Positions 30,983 to 40,641 of a stretch of 64,000 bases of DNA are shown here, piece by piece. Each line of letters opens with the position of its first letter. Positions within the stretch are counted from its first letter, which is position 1. The notes under the pieces are model-generated. The model was not told the DNA's origin. It saw nothing but the letters and a program-made list of their open reading frames with translations, and did no database searches. The translations under genes were made by a program, and so were the position numbers. This DNA is from an uncultured Rhabdochlamydiaceae bacterium (lineage in GTDB: Bacteria > Chlamydiota > Chlamydiia > Chlamydiales > Rhabdochlamydiaceae): NCBI GenBank assembly GCA_963712275.1, contig CAVQHD010000001.1, positions 160,001 through 224,000 on the forward strand, given 5' to 3'.

Positions 30983-31693
30983 ATGACAATTCAAGCGCGC
31001 CATCTCTGCTTTCAGTATGATGAAAATCCTCTTCTTCAAGATGTTTTTTTAGAGATTTCTAGAGGGGAGTGCGTCGCTATTTTCGGACCTAATGGGGGTG
31101 GGAAAACAACGCTCCTCAAGCTTTTAATGGGTTTTTTGAAACCGGACTCAGGAGAGGTTTTAATCGATGGGAAAACCCCTCTCAAACGGCGAGAACGTAT
31201 CGGCTATGTACCTCAAATTTCCAACCTCGACAAGCAGTTTCCCATCACCGTTCTCGATGTTGTCAAAATGGGCGCTCTTTCACCCTCTCTTTTCCGTTCC
31301 TATGCGCGTGATAGCCACGATGAAGCCCTTGAAATGTTAAATAAAGTCCAACTAAAAGAGATGGCGCCAGCCCCCTTCGGCTCCCTCTCTGGAGGACAAT
31401 CGCAGCGGGTTTTGATCGCCCGAGCGCTCATGGGCCATCCCGACTACCTTTTTCTAGATGAAGCCACAGCCAATATCGACCCTTCTGCTGAAGAGCATTT
31501 TCATGCTTTGCTCAAACAGCTTAAAGGAGACTTGACCATTGTCATGGTCACCCACGATCTTCCTATGGTGATGTCGTATATCGACCGCTTCTTCTGCGTC
31601 TATGGAACGATAACCCCCTATTCTCCCGCAGAGGTCTGCAATCATTTTGCTCAAGGGCTCTACCACCCGCCTCTTCAACCTAGGAGAAAATAA
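30983..31693 (+). CDS. Zn/Mn ABC transporter ATP-binding protein (ZnuC-like)
   Basis: GPNGGGKTT, GYVPQ, LSGGQ, LFLDE, VTHD. Confidence 0.93.
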   Translation: MTIQARHLCFQYDENPLLQDVFLEISRGECVAIFGPNGGGKTTLLKLLMGFLKPDSGEVLIDGKTPLKRRERIGYVPQISNLDKQFPITVLDVVKMGALSPSLFRSYARDSHDEALEMLNKVQLKEMAPAPFGSLSGGQSQRVLIARALMGHPDYLFLDEATANIDPSAEEHFHALLKQLKGDLTIVMVTHDLPMVMSYIDRFFCVYGTITPYSPAEVCNHFAQGLYHPPLQPRRK

Positions 31694-31696
31694 ATA

Positions 31697-32512
31697 ATGC
31701 ACCCTTTTCTCTTCACATCCTTACTCGCTGGAATAGCCTCCTCCATTACCAGCGGAATCATCGGATCGTATGTCGTCATTAAACGGATTGTCTTTATTAG
31801 TGGAAGTATCGCCCACTCTGTGTTGGGAGGAATGGGGCTTTTTTTATGGCTTAAAAGAACCTATCACTGGGAGTGGCTCGATCCCTTGTACGGAGCACTC
31901 CTTGCAGCGATCCTCTCCGCTTTTCTCATTGGATGGATTCACCTCAAATACCGCGAACGGGAAGATACCGTCATCGCCGCCATTTGGTCGACGGGAATGG
32001 CGCTCGGCGTGATCTTCGTTTCACTGACACCGGGCTACAATGTCGAATTGATGAACTTTTTATTCGGCAATATTTTGTGGATTTCGCACTCTGATCTGGT
32101 GCTCTTGATGTCTCTGACCCTACTTGTCATCGCTTTAACGGCTCTCTTACATCAAAAATTTCAAGCCGTCTGTTTTGATGAGACTGAGGCAGAGCTTAGG
32201 GGAGTATCCGTGAAAAAATACTACCTTATTTTACTGAATCTCGTCGCTATTTCTGTTGTGATCTTGATTCAAATCGTAGGAGCTATCCTCGTGATTGCCA
32301 TGCTTGCCATCCCAGCCGCGATCGCAAGCCATTTTTCAAAAAAACTATCCCATCTGATGATTCGAGCTATCATCTTAGGGGCCTTCTTTACAACAATCGG
32401 GCTGGCATTGTCTTTTTATCTGAACTGGCCTCCAGGGGCAACCATTGCACTCGTTGCAGCTCTTGCCTATACTGGCCATTTCTCTCGAGGTTATAAGGCT
32501 GTATACCGCTGA
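31697..32512 (+). CDS. Zn/Mn ABC transporter permease (ZnuB-like)
   Basis: SIAHSVLGG, FLFGNIL, VGAILVIAMLAIPAA. Confidence 0.93.
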   Translation: MHPFLFTSLLAGIASSITSGIIGSYVVIKRIVFISGSIAHSVLGGMGLFLWLKRTYHWEWLDPLYGALLAAILSAFLIGWIHLKYREREDTVIAAIWSTGMALGVIFVSLTPGYNVELMNFLFGNILWISHSDLVLLMSLTLLVIALTALLHQKFQAVCFDETEAELRGVSVKKYYLILLNLVAISVVILIQIVGAILVIAMLAIPAAIASHFSKKLSHLMIRAIILGAFFTTIGLALSFYLNWPPGATIALVAALAYTGHFSRGYKAVYR

Positions 32513-32613
32513 ATGATTTGCTGCCACCCCGATTTTTTAGGGTGCATCTTTGTATGACGAGCTGAGCGTGAGTGCCCTTTTCTGTGAGACTTAAGGTGTT
32601 CTTTTCTCTTCAT
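32491..32613 (-). CDS. Putative 40-aa Lys/His/Arg-rich peptide (below ORF-track cutoff)
   Basis: MKRKEHLKSHRKGHSRSARHTKMHPKKSGWQQIIQRYTAL; AGGAG SD overlapping the upstream stop. Confidence 0.5.
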   Translation of the reverse strand: MKRKEHLKSHRKGHSRSARHTKMHPKKSGWQQIIQRYTAL

Positions 32614-32620
32614 AAATCTC

Positions 32621-32755
32621 CTATTTTTGCAGAGCCGACAAATTGTCGACCAGTTTTTGAGGAATTTTTTTCACTTCTTCGTGAGTCGAAGGATGGTGCT
32701 TACGGTGATTTTTAATTGTGATCTTTGATCCTTTTTTTTTACCCCAGGTCTTCAT
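32621..32755 (-). CDS. Putative 44-aa Lys/His-rich peptide (below ORF-track cutoff)
   Basis: MKTWGKKKGSKITIKNHRKHHPSTHEEVKKIPQKLVDNLSALQK; AGGAGG SD upstream. Confidence 0.5.
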   Translation of the reverse strand: MKTWGKKKGSKITIKNHRKHHPSTHEEVKKIPQKLVDNLSALQK

Positions 32756-32889
32756 CAGTTCCCCCCTCCTTTCACTACCCCCAGCTTAAACTAAAAACAA
32801 TATACTTTCAAATAATAATTTTCAGATTGAAGAGAAACAAGAGAATCGATTAACATAGCCTCTATTTTCAGTACTTTGAGGTAAAAACG

Positions 32890-33201
32890 ATGTACGCAAT
32901 CATTGAAACAGGTGGCAAACAATACCGCGTTGAGAAGAACGATGTCATTGAAGTTGAAAGACTTGATGCAGAGAAAGGGGCGAGTATTGAATTTACCAAT
33001 GTGCTTTTTCTAAGTGATGGCAAAGAGGTCAAAATCGGATCTCCTTACGTAGCAAAGTCGGTTGTCAAGGGAGAACTCCTTGCAGCTACAAAAGGACCTA
33101 AGGTTATCTCTTTCAAATACAAGCAACGAAAAGGGGTTCGCCGCAAGGTAGGCCACCGGCAAAAATATCATCAAATTAAAATTACAGAAATTGTGGGGTA
33201 A
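32890..33201 (+). CDS. rplU: 50S ribosomal protein L21
   Basis: [14 protein letters not shown]...GHRQ. Confidence 0.97.
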   Translation: MYAIIETGGKQYRVEKNDVIEVERLDAEKGASIEFTNVLFLSDGKEVKIGSPYVAKSVVKGELLAATKGPKVISFKYKQRKGVRRKVGHRQKYHQIKITEIVG

Positions 33202-33208
33202 CTTATAC

Positions 33209-33460
33209 ATGGCTCATAAGAAAGGTCAAGGTTCAAGCCGCAATGGCCGCGACTCTAAATCTAAACGGCTCGGAGTTAAAGCGACCGCAGGTCAAATGGT
33301 CACAACAGGCAGCGTTTTAGCGCGGCAGCGAGGGACAAAATGGGCCCCCGCAAAAAATGTCGCTATTGGCCGCGATGATACTCTTTTTGCAACCATTGAT
33401 GGAATCGTCTCCTTTAAAAAAGGGCTTAAGACGTACATTTCAGTCCTACCCGTTTCTTAA
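33209..33460 (+). CDS. rpmA: 50S ribosomal protein L27
   Basis: [24 protein letters not shown]; start ATG 33209. Confidence 0.97.
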   Translation: MAHKKGQGSSRNGRDSKSKRLGVKATAGQMVTTGSVLARQRGTKWAPAKNVAIGRDDTLFATIDGIVSFKKGLKTYISVLPVS

Positions 33461-33475
33461 TTCTTCTTCCACGTT

Positions 33476-34474
33476 ATGTTTGTTGATAAAGTCACAGTCT
33501 CATTAACCGCAGGACGTGGAGGAAACGGCGTCATTGCCTGGCGGCGAGAAAAATTTATCCCCAAAGGAGGGCCTTGCGGCGGTGACGGCGGCAAGGGCGG
33601 CTCGATTTTTCTTGAGACTGATTCGCAAGTTCTTTCTTTGGAAAACCTCCGCAATCGACGACTCATTAAAGCAAAAAATGGCGAGCCCGGCGGGGCCAAC
33701 CTCTGCACAGGGAAAAACGGAAAAGATCTGATTCTCAAAATCCCTCGCGGAACCCTCGTTAAAGATGCCTCTTCTGGAGACATTCTCTTTGACTTTGTTG
33801 AAATGGGTCGCGTGGAGCTGATTTGCCAAGGAGGTGAGGGAGGAAAAGGAAACAATCGGTTCAAAACCCCAACGCATCAGGCCCCTTACGTCTGTACAGA
33901 AGGGGAAGAGGGACAGTATCGAGAAGTCGAACTCGAGCTCAAGCTACTTGCCGATGTAGGACTTGTGGGGATGCCTAATGCAGGCAAATCATCCCTCATG
34001 TCGTGCATGACACACTTAGAAGTCAAAATTGGGGCCTACCCTTTCACAACCTTATTTCCCAACCTAAGTTACATCCACTTTCAAGAGGATGACCGAATCT
34101 TGGTTGCAGACATTCCCGGCATTATCGAAGGGGCACACGAAGACCGAGGCCTTGGATTTGAATTCCTCCGGCATATTGAGCGGTCAGCTGCCCTCATCTA
34201 TGTCATCGATATCTCGGGAATTGAAGAGAGAGACCCTCTAGAAGACTTTCGCATCCTCCAAGCAGAACTCAAAGCCTACAACCCTTCCCTTTTGGAAAAG
34301 CCATCTCTTGTCGTGCTCAACAAGATCGACGTAGAAGGAGCTAGAGCCAACGTAAAACGATTCCAGGAAGCGTTCCCCTCCATCCCCTCTTTCCCCCTTT
34401 CCGCCCTCCAGAATGAAGGCATCCAGCCCCTTGTCCAAGCCACCCGCCCCCTCGTCAAGAGGAGCTCGTCTTAG
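33476..34474 (+). CDS. obgE: GTPase Obg
   Basis: MFVD..GRGGNG..RREKF, GMPNAGKS, YPFTT, DIPG, NKID. Confidence 0.96.
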   Translation: MFVDKVTVSLTAGRGGNGVIAWRREKFIPKGGPCGGDGGKGGSIFLETDSQVLSLENLRNRRLIKAKNGEPGGANLCTGKNGKDLILKIPRGTLVKDASSGDILFDFVEMGRVELICQGGEGGKGNNRFKTPTHQAPYVCTEGEEGQYREVELELKLLADVGLVGMPNAGKSSLMSCMTHLEVKIGAYPFTTLFPNLSYIHFQEDDRILVADIPGIIEGAHEDRGLGFEFLRHIERSAALIYVIDISGIEERDPLEDFRILQAELKAYNPSLLEKPSLVVLNKIDVEGARANVKRFQEAFPSIPSFPLSALQNEGIQPLVQATRPLVKRSSS

Positions 34475-34510
34475 AAGCTGTCTACAGATTCAGGTTTCGT
34501 AAACAGCTTC
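34474..34510. repeat. Minimal (37 bp) collapsed copy of MITE family A variant
   Basis: GAAGCTGTCTAC...GTAAACAGCTTC after TTA; overlaps the obg stop codon. Confidence 0.65.
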
Positions 34511-34555
34511 CAAGGGATTATTCAAGTAAAAAATCGAGCTTTATGTGTAGCAATA

Positions 34556-34594
34556 CTGCTCGAATCGAGAAGCAATGCTTCTCGATTCGAGCAG
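34556..34594. repeat. Perfect 19-bp inverted repeat between convergent genes
   Basis: CTGCTCGAATCGAGAAGCA-A-TGCTTCTCGATTCGAGCAG. Confidence 0.8.
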
Positions 34595-34651
34595 CATAAC
34601 AAAATGCATCCTTGACTTCTCAGCATCTCTTGCTAAAGGAGAATTGAAAGG

Positions 34652-36250
34652 TTAATTAGGAAAAGCTGCAGGTTTTTTTGTCGTAAAGGAGTTGATGAGT
34701 TTAACTAGATAAGGGATATTGCTTAAAGGGCTGTTATGCCCCTCGGGAATGCCCACAAACAGTTTATTGTCTTTGAGGCATGAAGCATCATCGAGAAGTG
34801 TTTTGGCAAGTGAAGCTGCCGCGGGAATGACTCCATCATTAATAACCTTTGTACTGTCTTTAAGGAGCTCATAGGATGAAACTTTTGTTGTCTGTAAAAT
34901 AATTTCAGGAGCTTTGAGTTGTTTTGAAGAGCCCGCGGGGTCGATATTCCACCCTATCAATTTTACAAGAAATCCTATGTATTTGTTGGTGAGAATTGAA
35001 GCAATTTCGCTCAAATTGGAAAAGGTTCTACTTTTGACAAAAACATATTGAATCTGCTCTTTAAGCCGATGGAATTTTAAAGCATCGCCTTGAACACCAC
35101 CCCCAATAGAATGTCCCCACCCAACAATTTTCTTGGCGCCAATCCCATTTTTCTGATCTTCTAAGAATGAAAGTACGGCTCGGTACGCTTTTGCCATCAT
35201 ATATCTGCTTGGCACTCCACTGCTGCTCCCCACACCCGGATAATTAAATACAATTCCGTTTCCTTTGATTTCAGTTAAAATTTCTTTGAAATCCGAGGAG
35301 CGAGACATTTTATCTTCGTAAAATTCACCATTTCCATTCGATGCTAAAACCCAGGAGCCGTTATTTAAAGTCGATGCCTTTCCCACGATCATCACATCGA
35401 TTTTATGACGATCAACCTGAATAGTCATACGTTTATATTTCCATTCATCTGTTAGAGGGATCTGTTGCCTGCTGATGTCCGCATAATTTTCCGGATACCC
35501 CATCGCGTGCGGATTCGATGCAGGAAGTATCGCAAATTTCCCTGCAAGAATATGAACAAACGTATTGACTAGAAATAATCTCTCTAAGCGGCTTCTGTAG
35601 GTGGTTGGCAGCAGCTCAGATTGAGATAACTCCTGCCTCGTAGTTTCTAAATAATTAGGCTGGTTGTAAAACGCCTGATCCCCTTCTAAAAGCTCTCGGA
35701 AAGAGATCTGATTGGGGTGAAGAAAATCATCCACATAAAGAGCAGCTGTATTAAAGCGGATCGCCCCCAAAAGAAAGGAGGCGATCATTTCAGGTATTTT
35801 CCTGTCTTTGTAATGTTGGCGCACTTGAGCCAGTTCCTCCAGAGCCTGGGAAACAAGAGAAAGAGCGATCCAGATAGGAGTTTTTTGGTAGAGGGACAAA
35901 AAGTAAATGGCTTGATGAACAATCCGACACACTGTTTTGCTACGATCCTGCCATGTCTTATCCTCAATTAGCTGACCTACAAGTCGTAGACTAGAAAGAA
36001 GAGGTTGGTACTTCGGTAAAAAACAACTCATCGCTGCTGATGAAACAAGCCAAGCCGCCTCTTTCCATTTTCCCTCTTTAGAGGGCTGTGTCCATAAAGA
36101 ATACCCCTGGCAACAGCCAACCCCAATCGAAGTAAAAATAGCTGCTTGAGGGTGAAGGGTGATGAAAGGTAGGGCAATAGTAACAGTTCGATGAATATCT
36201 AACCCAGCAAAACTAAAATTAGGCCTTTTATTCGGATCAATCAATATCAT
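34652..36250 (-). CDS. Chlamydial alpha/beta-hydrolase-fold protein with N-terminal membrane module
   Basis: GNGEFYE, FNYPGVGSS, nucleophile elbow GHSIGG, DGVIP, late His (GHN). Confidence 0.85.
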   Translation of the reverse strand: MILIDPNKRPNFSFAGLDIHRTVTIALPFITLHPQAAIFTSIGVGCCQGYSLWTQPSKEGKWKEAAWLVSSAAMSCFLPKYQPLLSSLRLVGQLIEDKTWQDRSKTVCRIVHQAIYFLSLYQKTPIWIALSLVSQALEELAQVRQHYKDRKIPEMIASFLLGAIRFNTAALYVDDFLHPNQISFRELLEGDQAFYNQPNYLETTRQELSQSELLPTTYRSRLERLFLVNTFVHILAGKFAILPASNPHAMGYPENYADISRQQIPLTDEWKYKRMTIQVDRHKIDVMIVGKASTLNNGSWVLASNGNGEFYEDKMSRSSDFKEILTEIKGNGIVFNYPGVGSSSGVPSRYMMAKAYRAVLSFLEDQKNGIGAKKIVGWGHSIGGGVQGDALKFHRLKEQIQYVFVKSRTFSNLSEIASILTNKYIGFLVKLIGWNIDPAGSSKQLKAPEIILQTTKVSSYELLKDSTKVINDGVIPAAASLAKTLLDDASCLKDNKLFVGIPEGHNSPLSNIPYLVKLINSFTTKKPAAFPN

Positions 36251-36370
36251 TTCAGTGATTGTATATGCTTGTTAAATATTATTAAATAATAATAATTAAT
36301 TTATCTTGGAGCCCTTGAAATTAAAAAATTTAGTTTACAATTGAAGACCTAGCGGCTATAGAGATGGAAT

Positions 36371-37654
36371 ATGGCCTATACAAAAGTTGTGATCGTGGGA
36401 GGGGGGTTTGGCGGGTTTAATGTGGCTAAAGCCTTAAACAAAGCAAGCCTCGATATTCTCGTCATTGATAAAACCAACCACCATCTTTTTCAGCCTCTTT
36501 TATACCAAGTCGCAAGCGCCGCCCTTTCCCCTGGAGAAATCGGAATTCCTATTCGAGAAGTCTTACGTAAGCAAGACAATACCCGCGTTATCATGGGAGA
36601 CGTCATCCAAGTCGACAAAAAAAATCGACAGCTCCTCCTGGCCAATGGTGAAAAAATCGACTACCACTACTTAGTCCTTGCAACTGGGACAAGACACTCC
36701 TACTTTGGAAATGATGCATGGGAGCAATACGCCCCTGGCCTCAAGACAATTCAAGATGCACTCAAAATTCGAGAACAGATCCTCCTCTCATTTGAAAAAG
36801 CAGAACGGCTTGATAACATCAAAGAAGCCGAAAAATATCTCAACTTTGTGATTATCGGTGGGGGCCCGACAGGTGTAGAGATGGCAGGGGCCATTGCAGA
36901 AATTGCCCATAAAACAATGTTCAAAAATTTTCGCCGCATCAAACCTGAAAAATCTAAAATTTACCTCATCGAGGCAGCCCCTCAAATCTTACCTATGTAT
37001 CCTCCCTCTTTAGCTGCCCATGCAAAGCAAGATCTCGAAAAGCTGGGAGTCTGCGTTATTACAGGAAAAAGAGTGACGCGCATCACCGAAGAAGGCGTTC
37101 AAGCAGAAGAGACATTTTACCCTTGCACAAACCCCATCTGGGCTGCCGGCAATCAGGCTTCTCCCCTTCTTAAAACACTCGATGTTCCTCTTGATCGGCA
37201 AGGGCGCGCTCTTGTCGAACCCGATCTTTCCATCCCAGGGAATCCCGAGATTTTTGTGATTGGAGATGCCGCCTGTTTGCTAGGCAAAGATCAAAAGCCC
37301 CTCCCTGGAATTGCCCCTGTTGCCATCCAAGAGGGAAAATATGTCGCAAAAATCATCAAAAACCAAACTCTTAAAGAAAACCGGCCCCCTTTTAAATATT
37401 TTGATAAAGGAAGCATGGCTACAATTGGAAAAGCCAAAGCGATTGCCATGATCGGCAAGTTTCAATTCACAGGCATCTTTGCCTGGCTCATGTGGTGTTT
37501 TATCCATATCACCTATCTGATTGGATTTCGAAGCCGAATTTCTGTCATGTTGGAATGGCTCTTTTTTTATCTCTCAGGGCAGCGAGGAGCCCGCCTGATT
37601 TATAATAGCTCTATCGAACAGCATCTCCCTCAACATAAGAAGAACGATAAGTAA
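36371..37654 (+). CDS. ndh: Type II NADH dehydrogenase
   Basis: VVIVGGGFGG, FQPLLYQVA, IIGGGPTGVEMAG, WAAG, IGD, DKGSMATIG. Confidence 0.93.
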   Translation: MAYTKVVIVGGGFGGFNVAKALNKASLDILVIDKTNHHLFQPLLYQVASAALSPGEIGIPIREVLRKQDNTRVIMGDVIQVDKKNRQLLLANGEKIDYHYLVLATGTRHSYFGNDAWEQYAPGLKTIQDALKIREQILLSFEKAERLDNIKEAEKYLNFVIIGGGPTGVEMAGAIAEIAHKTMFKNFRRIKPEKSKIYLIEAAPQILPMYPPSLAAHAKQDLEKLGVCVITGKRVTRITEEGVQAEETFYPCTNPIWAAGNQASPLLKTLDVPLDRQGRALVEPDLSIPGNPEIFVIGDAACLLGKDQKPLPGIAPVAIQEGKYVAKIIKNQTLKENRPPFKYFDKGSMATIGKAKAIAMIGKFQFTGIFAWLMWCFIHITYLIGFRSRISVMLEWLFFYLSGQRGARLIYNSSIEQHLPQHKKNDK

Positions 37655-37892
37655 ACCTCGGCTGCATCCGCCCATTGACCTGTGTATTTTCTAAAAACAT
37701 TTCCAAAGGACGCACCCACACATTTTTTTCTCCATCGAAGGCCTGATAAACAACGACTTCTTCTAAGGTCTCACTATGCCTCGCCACAGCAAGCACTTTG
37801 TACAGGTTTCCTTTGTAATGCTGATAAACTCCTCCTATTTTCACCAATTTTGATGCTTCTGAAAATAGAGGCAAGGTAATCTCTTGTTTCAT
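37611..37892 (-). CDS. DUF1653 family protein
   Basis: GVYQHYKGNLYKVLAVARHSETLEEVVVYQA...WVRPLEMF. Confidence 0.88.
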   Translation of the reverse strand: MKQEITLPLFSEASKLVKIGGVYQHYKGNLYKVLAVARHSETLEEVVVYQAFDGEKNVWVRPLEMFLENTQVNGRMQPRFTYRSSYVEGDAVR

Positions 37893-39345
37893 GACAAACT
37901 CCTCTCCACTTTTTTTCTATGCTCTTTGTTATTTACTTGGAGCCGCTTCCCAGCTCCTTTTCCATCCCGCTTATCTTATTACATTCGCTTTTTTATTTGT
38001 TTTTTGGAAAGGTCGAATCCTTTCAGGTTTAGCTACTTTTACCACCGCCTTTTTTCTAGCGGCTCAAATAGTCTCCCTTCCCTCTCTTCCTGAGGAGGGA
38101 ATCGAAGGATCTGGCATCTTCATGCCGGAGTCGGTTTCCTATACCCATTCCCCCTTTGGCACTTCTTATATGATCAAAGGAACACTTCAGCAATTTCATG
38201 AGTGGAAACGGGTTCCATGCCAAGTTTATATCCCCCTTCACCACCCTCGTCCGCCTGCAAACCATGCCCTTTATGTTGAAGGCCGTCTTCTCCCTAAAAC
38301 ATTCCCTCAGTACGTCCTCAAACTCATCCACTGGCAGCCTCTCAAAACCTCCCTGTCGCTTGCCGAGTGGCGGTTCCAAGTCAAAGATTGGGTCCGGCGT
38401 CAGTTTGCATCCCTTTTTCAAACCCCTGAGACTGCATCGTTTCTTCTATCCATGGTAACCGGAGACATCGACGATCGACTCATGGCCCTTCAGTTCAATC
38501 GCCTAGGACTTCTCCATCTCCTGGGCGTCTCAGGGTTTCAATTTTCACTTCTTGCACTTTTACTAGGAGCCCTTCTGAGAACAATTTTTTCTAGCTCAAA
38601 GGGAGCCTATCTCTTGATTTTCCTTTTAACGGCCTACGCCTTTATTCTAGGGACGTCTCCTCCGATTCAACGAGCCTGGATAAGCTGCACACTCTATACC
38701 ATTGCCAGGCTTGCAGGACTTCAAATCACCGCTCTCAACGCCCTTGGCGCCGCTCTTCTCTGGCAACTGTTTTTAGACCCTTGTGTCATCTTCCACCTTG
38801 GATTTCAATTCAGCTTTCTTTGCACAGCAGCTATTTTTACCGTTTATCCTCCCCTTCGAAACCTCTTGAAAAGGTGGCTTCCCGATCGTCATTTATCCGA
38901 CGCTTGCAAACTCTCCATTTTCGATCGAGTAGGATATATCCTTGCTTTTTTAAGCCGTGAAACTCTCTCCCTTAATTTGGCAATCCACCTTGTCTCTCTC
39001 CCTCTCATCTTCTACCATTTCCACAAGTTTCCCCTCTTAAGCCTCGCCTACAACTTATTTCTTCCAGGCGCCGTCTCTCTTGCCTACCTCTTTTTAATCC
39101 CTGGACTGATCTTAAACCCTCTTTCGCACCTTCTCGCCTTCCCCTTTTTGAAAATCAGCCAGTTTCTGACCGATACCCTGCTAATCGTCGCAACAAATCC
39201 ACCGACGCTCTTTGATTTTCAGTGGAGAATCGCAGGCTTTGGTTTAGGGTGGGCTGTCCTCTCTTTGACAGCACTATTCGGTATTTTTCTAGGCTATTCT
39301 TCAAGATCAGATAACTTGTTCATCAGCGGCTTTCAAAAGCGGTAA
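37891..39345 (+). CDS. comEC: ComEC/Rec2 family competence membrane protein
   Basis: GLLHLLGVSGFQ, SPPIQRA, LGFQFSF motifs; many TM segments. Confidence 0.88.
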   Translation: MTNSSPLFFYALCYLLGAASQLLFHPAYLITFAFLFVFWKGRILSGLATFTTAFFLAAQIVSLPSLPEEGIEGSGIFMPESVSYTHSPFGTSYMIKGTLQQFHEWKRVPCQVYIPLHHPRPPANHALYVEGRLLPKTFPQYVLKLIHWQPLKTSLSLAEWRFQVKDWVRRQFASLFQTPETASFLLSMVTGDIDDRLMALQFNRLGLLHLLGVSGFQFSLLALLLGALLRTIFSSSKGAYLLIFLLTAYAFILGTSPPIQRAWISCTLYTIARLAGLQITALNALGAALLWQLFLDPCVIFHLGFQFSFLCTAAIFTVYPPLRNLLKRWLPDRHLSDACKLSIFDRVGYILAFLSRETLSLNLAIHLVSLPLIFYHFHKFPLLSLAYNLFLPGAVSLAYLFLIPGLILNPLSHLLAFPFLKISQFLTDTLLIVATNPPTLFDFQWRIAGFGLGWAVLSLTALFGIFLGYSSRSDNLFISGFQKR

Positions 39346-39467
39346 GATGACCGCAGGATGGGTGCAAAATCTTTGTCTTCCTCAAGCCGGTCTACGAAAT
39401 CTTGTAAGTAGTACTCGCTTGTATGAATAGCAGAGTAACCCCAACAATCGATAGATAACGTCTTGAG
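39294..39467 (-). pseudogene. 3' remnant of a paralog of the 40642 F-box/LRR gene
   Basis: Reads LKTLSIDCWG...(TGA)...KLSDLEE*, versus LKKLSVNYRG...NLSDLEE* in 40642; 31-nt repeat 39284-39314 = 40632-40662 with 2 mismatches. Confidence 0.55.
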
Positions 39468-40526
39468 CCGCTCAAAAAAATCTAGGCAAATCTACACAAA
39501 CACATAGACAAGCCGGACACGTCAACAGAGCAGTCGAGTTGACGATTCGCGTGCCGGAGTCTCGCCGGCAAGATTCGAGAACATGCTGTCGCAGGAGTTG
39601 TTTTGGGGGACTCTAGGATCGGTATGTACCGCCCGAAAATGCGCTGTCAGCGCCGCTGAAAGTTTCTTATTGAGCTGCCCCCATTGGTACCATACATGCC
39701 GAGATCGATTCCTTGCAGGTAGATCAAGGGTGACATGGCCCCCTTTTCCATCGGGAATCTCCCTTTGGCCTTGGGGCATTCTTTCAGAAACTCCTAAAAA
39801 TCTGCGGCCAATGCAAAGTGCGGCCGCCATATGAATTGTTAAGCCATAACGTTTTGCAAACTTGACTCGCCCGATGAGCGAAGTAAAAGCAGGGTTGACG
39901 CTATAAACGGCGACTCTTTTTGAGGCCCCTCGGCTTTTAAGATGGGTGATGATTGATGCGTAGGCAAAAGCAGAGAGCATGCGAGAATAGGAGGGATCTT
40001 TTTCTCTAAGTTGGGCTTTCTTTTTCTTAAAGTCGAGGTTTTCAAGGACGAGGGGTTTTTGTGTCTTTTCACAAAGGGCAATGATTTGGGCCGAGGCATT
40101 GCCAATGAGAGCTTGGGCCTGACCTTTAGAGGTATTGTGAAGGGAAAGAGGAATATTGAATGTAGAAAGGGTATTACCGAATCGATCGGTTTCTACAACT
40201 GCTAGATGATCACTGTTAATATCAACGGCCACGACGCCATTTTCTTTAAGCGTCATCGGCTGAGAGATCTGGATATCCATGCTAGCAAAAATACGCCAGC
40301 CTTTGGCATTTTTTTTAAAACGGAAGGTGATCGCTTGGCCATGATTTTTATAAGCGGGATCCTTGGGACATTGTTGCCTTAGATGACAGTCGCGAATGGC
40401 TGCGACAATCACATCATGGCCGTAGGCAAAGCGGATAGTGGGGATTTGGAGATATTTGCCGAATTGAGAAATCAATGCATCGGGCAGTCTTACACGTAAA
40501 TGAATGGAATCATCTTGTCCAATCAA
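39468..40526 (-). mobile_element. tnpB: 5'-truncated IS607-type element carrying partial tnpB (39522..40526) and the right end
   Basis: RuvC-I VAVDIN, RuvC-II LENL, VNPAFTS; 3' ~670 bp near-identical to 52893..53580; homology ends at ...TTTGAGCGG(C). Confidence 0.85.
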
Positions 40527-40641
40527 AGCTCTTCAGTGATCCACCTGCTGCTTGGAGAGATGGAAAGAAGCCAGACCTATGAAGACGCCATCGACGCACT
40601 TGGCAAAGCATTGTGGGAAATTAAATAGGCGTTTTTCTGGG

